From positions 128,001-192,000 of the forward strand of contig JBDRCO010000087.1 in the NCBI GenBank assembly GCA_043821645.1: DNA of 64,000 bases. The letters are read 5' to 3'. Made by a program: the position numbers and the translations under genes. Each line of letters starts with the position of its first letter. The stretch's first letter is position 1. Below, piece after piece: positions 38,220 to 48,770 of this stretch. The notes under the pieces are model-generated. The model did not search any database, had not been told where the DNA came from, and saw only the letters and a program-made list of their open reading frames with translations. The DNA is from Pseudomonadota bacterium (GTDB taxonomy: Bacteria > Myxococcota > JACRCW01 > JAFGSX01).

Positions 38220-39440
38220 ATGCGCACCGCCGCCATCCTGGCCCAGGGCGAAGAGATCCTGGCCGGTACCACCCAGGACACCAACAGCAGCTGGCTGGCG
38301 CGGGAGCTGCGCGCCCGTGGTGTCGCGCCGGTGAGGCTCGCCGCCGCCGGTGACGACGCGCAGAGTCTTGCCGAGAGCCTGCGCTGGATCGCCCGCGACG
38401 TGGACCTGGTGGTGTGCAGCGGTGGTCTCGGCCCCACAGATGACGACTGCACGGCCGAGGCGGTGGCACAGGCCTTTGCCAGGCCCCTATCGCTCGATGC
38501 CACGGCGCTGGATCAGATCCAGGATCGCTTCGCGAGCTTCCATCGCCCCATGCCTCCCTCCAACCGCAAGCAGGCCCTGTTGCCGCAGGGGGCACGGCTG
38601 CTCGAGAACCTCGGCGGCACAGCCCCGGGCTTTGCCCTCGAACTCGGTTCCACCCGCCTGTTCTTCTTTCCCGGCGTCCCTCGCGAGCTGCGCGCCATGG
38701 CCCAGCAGCACCTGTTTAGCTGGCTCGAGGCCACCGGGGCCCGTCCCCTGCTGCGACACCGCATGCACGTGTGTGGCGTCGGGGAGAGCGCCCTGCAAGA
38801 CAGGCTCGCGCACCTGCGCCTGCCTCCTGGTGTGCTGTTGGGGTACCGAGCGTGGATTCCCTACAACAGCATCCTGCTCTACGCAGGGCCCGATGCTGCC
38901 GACGCCCTTGCCAGGGCGCGGTCACAGGTTCTCGAGGTGCTGGGCGAGGACTGCCTGGGAGAGGAGGAGGAGACTCTGTCCTCGGCAACCGGGGCGCGCT
39001 TGCAGGCCCGGGGCTGGCACCTGGCTGTCGCCGAGAGCTGCACGGCAGGTGGTCTGGGTGCGCTGGTGACCGAGGCGGCCGGGAGCTCGGCGTGGTTCGC
39101 GGGGGGAATCATCGCCTATGACAACAGGATCAAGCGCCAGTTGCTGCAGGTCGACGCTCGTCTTCTCGAGGTCCAGGGTGCGGTCAGCGAGGCCTGCGCT
39201 CTGGGCATGGCCGAGGGGGTGCGCACAGCCCTCGGTGTCGAGGTCGGGCTCTCCATCACCGGCGTGGCCGGGCCCGGAGGGGGCACAGCCGACAAGCCCG
39301 TGGGCACGGTCTGCCTGGGACTCACCACACCGGAGGGCCACAGCGCCCGCACGCTGCAGCTCGGTAATCGGGGGCGGGACCTGGTGCGAACCTTCAGTGC
39401 CGCCACTGCCCTGGAGTGGCTGCGCCGGCGCCTGGCCTGA
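38220..39440 (+). CDS. cinA: CinA (MoCF-biosynth domain + NMN deamidase PncC)
   Basis: GEEILAG..DTNS, GGLGPTDDD, AVAESCTAG, GAVSEACA, SITGVAGP..KPVGTV. Confidence 0.93.
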   Translation: MRTAAILAQGEEILAGTTQDTNSSWLARELRARGVAPVRLAAAGDDAQSLAESLRWIARDVDLVVCSGGLGPTDDDCTAEAVAQAFARPLSLDATALDQIQDRFASFHRPMPPSNRKQALLPQGARLLENLGGTAPGFALELGSTRLFFFPGVPRELRAMAQQHLFSWLEATGARPLLRHRMHVCGVGESALQDRLAHLRLPPGVLLGYRAWIPYNSILLYAGPDAADALARARSQVLEVLGEDCLGEEEETLSSATGARLQARGWHLAVAESCTAGGLGALVTEAAGSSAWFAGGIIAYDNRIKRQLLQVDARLLEVQGAVSEACALGMAEGVRTALGVEVGLSITGVAGPGGGTADKPVGTVCLGLTTPEGHSARTLQLGNRGRDLVRTFSAATALEWLRRRLA

Positions 39441-39443
39441 CGG

Positions 39444-40484
39444 TCAGTTGATGGCGCCGCCGGTCTCGCAACCGTAGACGAAGCGAAGCGCGGCAGAGCT
39501 CGAGTCCTCGAGGCGTGTGCACGTTGCAGGACACAGGCCGATGTTGCGCGGGTTGCGCGCGTTGTCAAAGTACCAGCCCTCGCCAGTGCCGCAGCTTGCG
39601 GCCGACGGCTTCGCAGCCAGCATCTTTTCTGGGGTGTTCAGATCGCTGTACATCACATTGACCAGATCGGGCTGCAGGACCTCGTCCCCGAGGTCAGGGA
39701 TCAGGAAGACGCAGCTTTCAACGCTGACCGAATCGCGGATCTCGGCCATGGCGGTGGTGAACTGCGAGACGTCACTGCTGACGTTGTAGGCCTGCCCGGT
39801 GCCGCCGGCCGCGGCGATCAGGTTGAGCTCGTACTCCGCAGAGGACGCCACCACGACCCCGTAGGTGGGGATTCCATGGGTGGAGTAGGCGTCGGCGGTC
39901 AGGGTGGCCACGACGTCGATGTCGCTGTAATCCTGGGGCTGGATCGGATCGTAATAGGTGTCGCACTCGCTTCCGGTTGGGGCGCCATCCCCGCTGATGA
40001 CCACCACCACCGTGTTCTCCGGAAAGCGCTGCTTGCGCTGGATGGCTGCCTGGTAGGTTCCGTCGAGGGCCCCGTACATCGGGGTGCCCCCTCCCACGGG
40101 TGTGTCGAGCTGGTCCTGCAGCCGCCGGATGTCGTAGGGCAACACGGCGAGGCGACTGCCGACGGCGCTCTGCGGAGGATCATACCAGTTGGGATCACAG
40201 GTATTGCCGATCGCTGCGGGCGCAGGGAAGAGGTTGAAGCCGACATTGATGCCCGCGGACTTGGAGTCGGAGAAGAAGGAGGTGAGGGCAGACTTGGTCG
40301 CAGCCCACAGGCTGCTCATGCTGCCCGAGCGATCCACCAGGAGGTAGATGTCAAAGGGCAGCACGTTGAGGATCTTGGCAGTTCTTGTGCAGTGCTGCGG
40401 TGGCAGGGGAGGTCGCTTGTCTTCGGGTTCGCACGCAGCGGATCCGAGGATCAAGGCGAGGAACACGATCGTCCTGGGCTTCAT
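39444..40484 (-). CDS. vWA-domain lipoprotein (myxobacterial type)
   Basis: Lipobox SAAC; MIDAS DRSGSM, GGTP, SGDG; Cys-rich C-terminus GWYFDN..LCPATC..YGC. Confidence 0.8.
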   Translation of the reverse strand: MKPRTIVFLALILGSAACEPEDKRPPLPPQHCTRTAKILNVLPFDIYLLVDRSGSMSSLWAATKSALTSFFSDSKSAGINVGFNLFPAPAAIGNTCDPNWYDPPQSAVGSRLAVLPYDIRRLQDQLDTPVGGGTPMYGALDGTYQAAIQRKQRFPENTVVVVISGDGAPTGSECDTYYDPIQPQDYSDIDVVATLTADAYSTHGIPTYGVVVASSAEYELNLIAAAGGTGQAYNVSSDVSQFTTAMAEIRDSVSVESCVFLIPDLGDEVLQPDLVNVMYSDLNTPEKMLAAKPSAASCGTGEGWYFDNARNPRNIGLCPATCTRLEDSSSAALRFVYGCETGGAIN

Positions 40485-40587
40485 CGAACTCCCTCCGCCG
40501 CTCGAAGACTCATTCACACCAAGGTGCCATGACTGCGAGAGTATCGCAACGTCGGGAGGGGAGAACGAGGGACGGGCGCGTGAATGA

Positions 40588-41928
40588 TCAGGCGCGGATA
40601 TGGCCGAGGATCTCATCGCGCAGGGTTTCCAGGTGGGCCTGGCTATCGGCCTCGCAGTTGAGCCGGATCAGGGGCTCGGTGTTGGACTTGCGCACGTTGA
40701 ACCACCAGGTGTCCGCAAAGATCGAAAGGCCGTCGATCTCGATGATCTTGCCCTTGCTGCCGTACATCGTCTTGAGCTTGGTGAGCACCGCGTCCGGATC
40801 CCGGACCGTCGAGTTGACCTCGCCGGAGATGTGGTAGTTCGCAGTCTCCTTGAGCGCCTGGGCCAGGCTCATCTTCTTGTCGGTGAGGACCTGCAGGATG
40901 AGCAGCGCGGTGAGGTTGCCGGAGTCGAAGTAGGCGCCCTCGTGCTTGTAGTAATAGTGGCCAGACACCTCGCCACCAAACTCGGCGTCGTGCTCGCGCA
41001 TGTAGTTCTTGGCATACGCGTGGCCGACCTTCCACATGGCCGAGCGGCCGCCCAGCCTCTCGACGGTGTCGCGCACGTAGTTGGAGCAGCGCACGTCGTA
41101 GACGATGAGACCGCCTGGGTGTTTCTTCAGCACAGGCTGGGACAGCAGACCGACGATGAAGTCGCCCGAGCAGAACTCTCCGTTACCGTCGACGAAGAAG
41201 GCGCGATCCGTGTCGCCATCGAGGCCGATGCCGAGGTCCGCGCCGATCTCCTTCACCTTGGCGATGAGATCGCGACGGTTCTCCTCGAGCAGCGGGTTGG
41301 CCTCGTGGTTGGGAAAGCTGCCGTCGAGTTCGTAAAACAGAGGTGTCACCTGCACCGGTGAGCCTGCGAAGAGCTTGGGCAGGATCAGTCCGCCCATTCC
41401 ATTGCCGGCGTCGATCACGACCTTGAGCGGAGCCAGAGCCGAGGGATTGACGAAGGAGTGCATGAATCGGATGAAGGCATCGAGGATGTCGACCTCGGTG
41501 ACGGTGCCCGGGGCCGCGGCAAGGCCGCCCAGGTCTCCCTCGCGCACGCGGCGCTCGATCTTGTCGAGCCCGCTTTCGAGCCCCATGGGGATGGCGTGCT
41601 CGCGCACGCACTTGATGCCATTGTACTTGCCCGGGTTGTGCGAGGCCGTGACCATGAGCCCGCCCGAGGTGTGGCGGTCGAGCACGGCGAAGTACATCAT
41701 GTCGGTGCTGGAGAGCCCGATGCTGTCGACGGCGCAGCCCGCCTCGGTGAGGCCGCGGATCAGTTCCGCCGTCAGCGGCTTCGAGTGCACACGCATGTCG
41801 TGTCCCACCGCAACGCGGGTTGCGGCGGTCTCGGCCACGTAGGCGCGCCCGACCTTGTAGGCCAGGTCCTCGGTGATGTCCTCGCCGTACACGCCCCGCA
41901 CGTCATAGGCCTTGAACGGTCCAGCCAC
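40588..41928 (-). CDS. Phosphomannomutase/phosphoglucomutase
   Basis: FKAYDVRG, TASHNP, DGDTDR, GGEVSGH, RKSNTEP. Confidence 0.95.
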   Translation of the reverse strand: MAGPFKAYDVRGVYGEDITEDLAYKVGRAYVAETAATRVAVGHDMRVHSKPLTAELIRGLTEAGCAVDSIGLSSTDMMYFAVLDRHTSGGLMVTASHNPGKYNGIKCVREHAIPMGLESGLDKIERRVREGDLGGLAAAPGTVTEVDILDAFIRFMHSFVNPSALAPLKVVIDAGNGMGGLILPKLFAGSPVQVTPLFYELDGSFPNHEANPLLEENRRDLIAKVKEIGADLGIGLDGDTDRAFFVDGNGEFCSGDFIVGLLSQPVLKKHPGGLIVYDVRCSNYVRDTVERLGGRSAMWKVGHAYAKNYMREHDAEFGGEVSGHYYYKHEGAYFDSGNLTALLILQVLTDKKMSLAQALKETANYHISGEVNSTVRDPDAVLTKLKTMYGSKGKIIEIDGLSIFADTWWFNVRKSNTEPLIRLNCEADSQAHLETLRDEILGHIRA

Positions 41929-42107
41929 GTTGTCCTCCTGCGCTACTGTCGTCGGGAAAAGCGACCCATTACCTTGTCGCCAGGACGGCTCCTTGGCAAG
42001 GCCAGAGTGCAGGTCGATAGCACTTTGCAGTCGTGCGCGTCGTCGCCATACTCCGCTACAGTCACGTCGCTGTGTGCCGTCCCGGGGGCACGCTACAGGA
42101 GCCGACG

Positions 42108-43292
<1,185 letters not shown>

Positions 43293-43315
43293 CCGTCACC
43301 CCAGGGGGGTGCTTG

Positions 43316-44575
43316 ATGCCCGTTCGTCGTGCTGCCCTGCTCGGGCTGTTGCTGGCCCTGTGGTCCCCGCCGTCCCGCGCCGATGACGGTGAGGGGCCGC
43401 GTCCGCCGGCCCAGAAGCAGGGCTTTGACTGGGGGGCGGTGCCGGTGCTGGCCTACAACTCCGACGACGGGTTGGGCTTTGGCGCCCTGGGCAACCTGTT
43501 CTGGCACGAGGGCGGTCTCGATCCCTACAAGTACTCCCTGATGGCCCAGGCCTACGTCACCACCAACTGGGTGCACGCGCACAAGCTCAAGCTCGACGCC
43601 CTCGAGCTGTTTGGCTGGCCGCTGCGGGTGTGGGGTGAGCTGGGCTACTACTCGACGCTCAATCGCACCTACTGCGGCGAGGGCAACGCGGTGACCTGCG
43701 ACCCTGCACCCGCCTCGGCGGCGGCTCGCGCACTGCACCTCGAGGGCCCGGCGCGCGAGCAGTTCGAGCGACGTTACTACCAGTTTCGCTTCATCCAGCC
43801 CTACCTGGCGCTCAACGGGCGCTACCGTCTGACCGAGTTGCCGCACAAGCTCGAGATCATGGCCGGCTGGCGCGGTCACGGCTACCTCTCGGGGGAGCTG
43901 GGGGACCCGACGCCGTACACCGGCAGCCTGTACGCGCAGCGCTTTCCCGACGGCGAGAACGGCTTCGCCAGCGTGTTGCAGCTCGGCGTCATGCTCGACG
44001 GTCGCGACTTCGAGCCCGCGCCCACCAAGGGCTACTGGGTCGAGGCCAGCGTTCGTGGCGCCAGCTGGTTGTGGGGTTCGAGCTGGAACTTCGTGGGCGG
44101 CAACGTGATCCTGCGCGGCTACGTGCCGCTGACCGCGGATCGCCGCCTGGTGCTGGCCTCGCGCTTGACCCTGGACGCCGCTGCCGGGGACATGCCCATC
44201 GAGGAGATCGTGCGCGTGGGCGGCTCCATCGACTACACGGCCCTGGGTGGCGAGTACTTCGGCCGCGGCATTCGCCTGGATCGCTACATCGGTCGCATCA
44301 AGGTGCTGTGGCAGGAGGAGCTGCGCGCCATGGTGGGCGGGGCGGTGATCCTGAACCAGCGGTTCGTACTCATGCTGCTGGGCTTTCTCGACGCCGGCAG
44401 CGTGGGGCTCGACTGGGCAGACTGGGGCGGCGACCCCGCCCGCGTGCTGTGGAGCGCCGGCGGTGGTCTGCGCCTGATGTGGAACGAGAACTTCGTGGTG
44501 CGCATCGACGTCGCGGCCAGCCCCTTCGAACGTGAGGGGCCGGGGGTCTACATCAACCTGTCGAATATCTTCTGA
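43316..44575 (+). CDS. Omp85/BamA-TamA family outer membrane beta-barrel (no POTRA domains seen)
   Basis: Signal peptide; PVLAYNSDDGLGFG, DGRDFEPAPTKG, GRGIRLDRYIG, GFLDAG, C-terminal Phe. Confidence 0.8.
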   Translation: MPVRRAALLGLLLALWSPPSRADDGEGPRPPAQKQGFDWGAVPVLAYNSDDGLGFGALGNLFWHEGGLDPYKYSLMAQAYVTTNWVHAHKLKLDALELFGWPLRVWGELGYYSTLNRTYCGEGNAVTCDPAPASAAARALHLEGPAREQFERRYYQFRFIQPYLALNGRYRLTELPHKLEIMAGWRGHGYLSGELGDPTPYTGSLYAQRFPDGENGFASVLQLGVMLDGRDFEPAPTKGYWVEASVRGASWLWGSSWNFVGGNVILRGYVPLTADRRLVLASRLTLDAAAGDMPIEEIVRVGGSIDYTALGGEYFGRGIRLDRYIGRIKVLWQEELRAMVGGAVILNQRFVLMLLGFLDAGSVGLDWADWGGDPARVLWSAGGGLRLMWNENFVVRIDVAASPFEREGPGVYINLSNIF

Positions 44576-44719
44576 CGGATCGCTCGCGGCGGGCTCCCCT
44601 CGCACCCGTGACGAGGTCGTCTCTTTGCGTGCTGGCGCCGCACAGCGCACCTTGCTGGAGTCACCAGGCGCGTGCCACAATGCCCGGCAGAGCCGCCGAC
44701 CCAGCGACGAGAACGCCAC

Positions 44720-45995
44720 ATGGCCAAGATCATCAAGAAAGAGCACAGCGGGGTGACCCGTGCGCCGTCGAGCAGCGGCGGCTCGCGCGTGATCAAGGCC
44801 GAGCACACAGGTTCGCGGAGCGCCGTGATCAAGGCCGATACCTTGAGCGGAGAGCCGGGCAGCAAGGTCCTCAAGGTCCAGCCCCCCACCGCGCCCGTCG
44901 AGGGCGACACCGATGTGGCCGTGGAGGCCGTGGACGAGTCCAGCGCCGCAGCCCTCGAAGATACCGAGGCCCTGAGCGTGCCCGACCCGGGTACGGCGGA
45001 TGATCTGGCACCGGATGGCGGCGATGCCATCGACGAGGATGAAGACGGCACTGGAGCAGCGGGCGACGCGGACGAGGACAGTGACGACGAGGATGGCGAC
45101 GCGCTCGACGACATTCCCGGTGCCGAGGACGTCCCGGAGGAGGATGCCGCCCTGCCCCGGGACGTGTTGAGTGATGCGGTGCCGGAGCACACGCCACCGC
45201 CCACCGACCCCGCGGATCCCTTCGCCGAGCCCGCGACACCCTCGGCGCTGCCTCGCGAGGGCAGTGGCATGCATCGCAACGTGCTGCCCCGGGAGAATAG
45301 CTCGCTGCACTCCAACCCCTTCGCCGAGCCCGAGGGCACACCGGCACTGCCCCGGGAGGGCAGCGGGCTGCACCGGCATGGCACGCAGGACTCCGCCAGG
45401 GAGGCTGCGGATCGGCTGGCCCTGCGCCGGGCCACCCCGCGCAACGACGAGCAGGCCGAGGGCATGGCCCGGGCCTTCATCGCCCCGCGCCCAGAGCGAC
45501 GAGCGCGCCCTGCGCGAGATCGTGGAACACGAGATCGCCAGCGCCCTGGTCGAGGCCGAGAAGCACGGTCACAGCACAGGCATGGCTCAGACCAAGCAGC
45601 TGCTGGAGCGCGTCGAGCACCTGGCCGACGGGCTGCTCAAGGAGGTCGAGCCGCAGGCGGTCGAGGCGGCCATCGCTGTGGCACGGCAACTCATCGAGGC
45701 CGAACTCGCCGAGCACCCGCGGGCCATCGTGGCGGTGGTGCGGCAGGCCCTGCTCAGTGCCCGCCAGCAACGCGATGTGTTCGTGCGCGTGAACCCGGTG
45801 CATGTCGAGACCTTGCGCGAGCACCGGCGCGAGGTGGTGGACGTGCTGGGGCGCGCCAAGGACATCGATGTGCGCGAGGATCCGGATCTGGCGCCGGGGG
45901 GTTGCATGGTCGAGACCGAGATCGGAACCATCGACGCGCGCCTGGAGACCCAGTTCGAAGCCCTGGTCCGGCACCTCACCGGTGGAGGTCGCTAG
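44720..45995 (+). pseudogene. SctL/FliH-like protein 1 with long acidic N-terminus, interrupted by a +1 frameshift at about 45485 (or an assembly indel)
   Basis: Deleting one C from the run 45483-45486 joins MAKIIKK...MARAFIA to RAQSDERALR...VRVNP..GGCMVETEIGTIDARLETQF, a 424-aa FliH/SctL-like protein. Confidence 0.75.
45215..45379 (+). repeat. Intragenic repeat with 99-nt period (PFAEP...LPREGSG.HR)
   Basis: DPFAEPATPSALPREGSGMHRN and NPFAEPEGTPALPREGSGLHRH, with a partial VLPRENSSLH between them. Confidence 0.75.
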
Positions 45996-46897
45996 TGGCG
46001 GTGCGCAAGGTCATCAAGGGCGAGGCCCCCGTCGATGCCGCCGCAGCCTCCAGCGCAGCGCTGAGTGATCGCAAGGTCATCGACCGCGAGGTCTTTCACG
46101 CCCAGCAGCGCGCCGAGCAGATCAAGCAAGAGTCGGAGGCCCAGGCCACGACCCGTCGAGCCGAGGGTCAGGCCCAGGCCGAGGAGGTTCATCAGCAGGC
46201 ATTTGCCCGGGGCAGCGCGGACGGCACCTGTCAGGCGGCGCAGCAGGTGATCGCGGGCTACCACAAGCGTGGCGAGACCCTGCGTCAGGCCGTGGACGAT
46301 TGCATCCTCCTGGCCCGGCGCATCTGTGCCAAGGTCATGGGAGCGGAGCTGAAACTCGACGACAGCGAGGTTCGGCGCATTGCCCAGCGAGAGCTGGAAC
46401 GCACCACCAGCCGGCGTCGCGTCACGGTGAGCTTTTCCCCAGATCGTCTGGCCATGCTCGAGGCGAGCGGGCCGCTGCTATGGCGCCGCATCACCTCGCT
46501 GCCGGAGTTTGCCCTGGCGGCAGACAGCGGCCTCCCCGAGGACGTGGCCCAGGTCACCAGCGACGCCGGGGAGATCTCCGTCGACGCCGATCGCGCCGAG
46601 CTCGCCCTGCGCGAGGTCCTCGAGGTCCCCGTGGACAGGGAGCCTGTGCCCGAAGCCGAGCCGGACACAGCGGATCCCCCTGGGGGCGAAGGCGAGGAGT
46701 CCTCGTCCGCCGAGGCATCCCCCGCTTTCGAAGCAAAGGCGACGCAGGAAGAAGACCTGGCCAGGTCCGGGATGCCGCTCGAGGAGCGTATCGCTGGCAG
46801 CGAAGAGGCAGACCCGCCGGAAGGGCTCGACGTCCCTCTGGCGCACGACATTGGGAACCTGGTCGCCGCCATCGACAGCGAAGAGGAGACCCCCTGA
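45995..46897 (+). CDS. SctL/FliH-like protein 2 with acidic tail
   Basis: GTG overlaps the upstream TAG; GGAGG RBS at 45984; RKVIKG N-terminus, AxxxG repeats, degenerate FliH C-terminal domain. Confidence 0.7.
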   Translation: MAVRKVIKGEAPVDAAAASSAALSDRKVIDREVFHAQQRAEQIKQESEAQATTRRAEGQAQAEEVHQQAFARGSADGTCQAAQQVIAGYHKRGETLRQAVDDCILLARRICAKVMGAELKLDDSEVRRIAQRELERTTSRRRVTVSFSPDRLAMLEASGPLLWRRITSLPEFALAADSGLPEDVAQVTSDAGEISVDADRAELALREVLEVPVDREPVPEAEPDTADPPGGEGEESSSAEASPAFEAKATQEEDLARSGMPLEERIAGSEEADPPEGLDVPLAHDIGNLVAAIDSEEETP

Positions 46898-46957
46898 GCC
46901 CGCGCCTGACCGCTGCCTTGTCGTCGACAAGGCGCTCGTGCTGGCGCGGCCTACGCG

Positions 46958-46987
46958 TTGACAATCTCCACGCACGCGTGCTAGCCA
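46958..46987 (+). promoter_or_regulatory. Candidate sigma-70 promoter of uppS-cdsA
   Basis: TTGACA at 46958, 18-nt spacer ending in TGc, then TAGCCA (imperfect -10). Confidence 0.45.
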
Positions 46988-47048
46988 GACCGCTCGCATT
47001 CGACACAGGAGCCCGTGCCCGCTCCGAGTCCAGCGGGCCAAGAGCACC

Positions 47049-47813
47049 ATGAAAAGCATCCCCCCGCCCCCACCCCCGGTGCCCCGGCATGTGGCCATCA
47101 TCATGGACGGCAACGGGCGCTGGGCGCAGGCCCGCGGGCTGCCGCGACTGGCCGGCCACCGCGAAGGTGCCAAGACCGTCCGCCGCATCGTGACCTACGC
47201 CCGAGAGGCGGGCATCCGCTACCTGACCCTGTATGCCTTCTCGAGCGAGAACTGGAAGCGCCCGCCCACCGAGGTCGCAGGGTTGATGGACCTGCTGCGT
47301 GAGTACCTGCGCGGCGAGCTCAAGACCATGCTCCAGAACGGCATCCGGCTCGACGTCATCGGCGCGGTCGAGCGCTTGCCGGAGTTCGTACGCGAACCCC
47401 TCGAAGAGGCCTGTGAGCGTACCGCCTCCCTCGATGGCATGACCCTGACCCTGGCCCTGTCCTACGGTGGTCGCGACGAGCTGCTCCGCGCGGTCCGGCA
47501 GATCGCCACCGAGGTGCGGGACGGCGATCTCTCGCTCGAGGAGATTGATGATACCTGTCTGGCCAGCCGGCTGGACACCGCCGGACTGCCCGATCCCGAC
47601 CTGCTGATCCGCACGTCCGGCGAGAGCCGCCTGTCCAACTTCTTGCTGTGGCAGGTCGCCTACTCCGAGCTGCTGGTCCTGCCTCAGCCCTGGCCTGATT
47701 TCGATGAGCAGGCCCTGCACGACGCCATCATCGAATACCAGGGCCGGGAGCGTCGCTTTGGCTTGACCGGTGAGCAGGCACGGGTTGCGGCAAGCGCGGG
47801 TGATCGCGGATGA
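47049..47813 (+). CDS. uppS: Undecaprenyl diphosphate synthase
   Basis: PRHVAIIMDGNGRWA, YAFSSENWKRP, SYGGRDE, LIRTSGESRLSNFLLWQ. Confidence 0.97.
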   Translation: MKSIPPPPPPVPRHVAIIMDGNGRWAQARGLPRLAGHREGAKTVRRIVTYAREAGIRYLTLYAFSSENWKRPPTEVAGLMDLLREYLRGELKTMLQNGIRLDVIGAVERLPEFVREPLEEACERTASLDGMTLTLALSYGGRDELLRAVRQIATEVRDGDLSLEEIDDTCLASRLDTAGLPDPDLLIRTSGESRLSNFLLWQVAYSELLVLPQPWPDFDEQALHDAIIEYQGRERRFGLTGEQARVAASAGDRG

Positions 47814-48622
47814 ACCTTCTGCTGCGCGTCGTCACGGCCGTTGTACTGCTGCCGGGCGTGCTGTACCTGGTCTGGCTCGGTCACACACCTCTGCTGATCC
47901 TGGTGCTGGTGGCCACCACCATCGCCCTGTACGAGTACTTTCACATGTGGGCCAAGGGCGACCCGCCCATGATGGCCACCGGCATGGCCTTGGGGCTGGT
48001 CCCGGCCGCAGTGTCGCTGCTGCGCCCGACCCTGCTCGGCGAGGCCATCGTCGGCGCCATGCTGCTCACGGTGCTCGGCTTCACGCTCAACCCGGGCCCC
48101 TTCGAGACCACCTGGAAGCGCATGGCGACCACGGTGCTGGGCCTCGTCTACTGTGGGGTGACCCTCTCCTTCCTGTATCGCCTGCGCATGGAGCACCCCG
48201 ACGTCGAGGGCCGTGGCTGGGTCTACCTGGTGATGATGGTGACCTGGGCCAACGATACCTGCGCGTACTTCGCGGGCCGCGCTCTGGGCAAGCACAAGTT
48301 GTTTCCACTGCTCAGCCCCAAGAAGACCTGGGAGGGTGCCGTCGGTGGCCTCGCCGGCTCGGTGGTCGGCGCTCTGGTCGGGCATTTCTGGTTCGCCACC
48401 CACATCGGCCTGGTCGAGGCGCTGGTGCTGGGTGCGGTGGCCGGCGTGCTGGCGCCGGTGGGCGACCTGGCCGAGTCCCTGGCCAAGCGCTCCTTCGACA
48501 CCAAGGACTCCGGGGCCTTGCTGCCTGGTCACGGCGGTCTGCTCGATCGCATCGACGCGATCCTGATCACGGGTCCCTTCATCTACCTGTTCGCCGCCCT
48601 GCTTCACCCGCTGTTCCGCTGA
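47810..48622 (+). CDS. cdsA: Phosphatidate cytidylyltransferase
   Basis: WANDTCAYFAG, SPKKTWEG, GDLAESLAKR, KDSGALLPGHGGLLDRID. Confidence 0.96.
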   Translation: MNLLLRVVTAVVLLPGVLYLVWLGHTPLLILVLVATTIALYEYFHMWAKGDPPMMATGMALGLVPAAVSLLRPTLLGEAIVGAMLLTVLGFTLNPGPFETTWKRMATTVLGLVYCGVTLSFLYRLRMEHPDVEGRGWVYLVMMVTWANDTCAYFAGRALGKHKLFPLLSPKKTWEGAVGGLAGSVVGALVGHFWFATHIGLVEALVLGAVAGVLAPVGDLAESLAKRSFDTKDSGALLPGHGGLLDRIDAILITGPFIYLFAALLHPLFR

Positions 48623-48700
48623 TCCCTTTTTCTCTGAACGGCGCGAATCCGTGGGCGAAACGAAGCCCGCAGCGAGCGACGACCCCGCAAGTCCCCGCGG

Positions 48701-48737
48701 AAAAGTACAAGAAGACCCGCCCCGTCGCGGGGGGGGG
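48701..48737 (-). terminator. Possible intrinsic terminator downstream of fabH
   Basis: Minus strand: C-rich/G-rich hairpin CCCCCCCCCGCGACGGGGCGGG followed by TCTTCTTGTACTTTT. Confidence 0.35.
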
Positions 48738-48770
48738 CACACCACAAACGCCGGGGCTAGAAAAATCGGT

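Noticed and set aside
44672-46897. Single 741-aa ORF from the ORF track
   Set aside because: The middle part is Arg/Gly/Pro-rich off-frame sequence. The FliH-like domain is in the +1 frame and gene 2 has its own RBS, so two genes plus a 1-nt indel explains it better.
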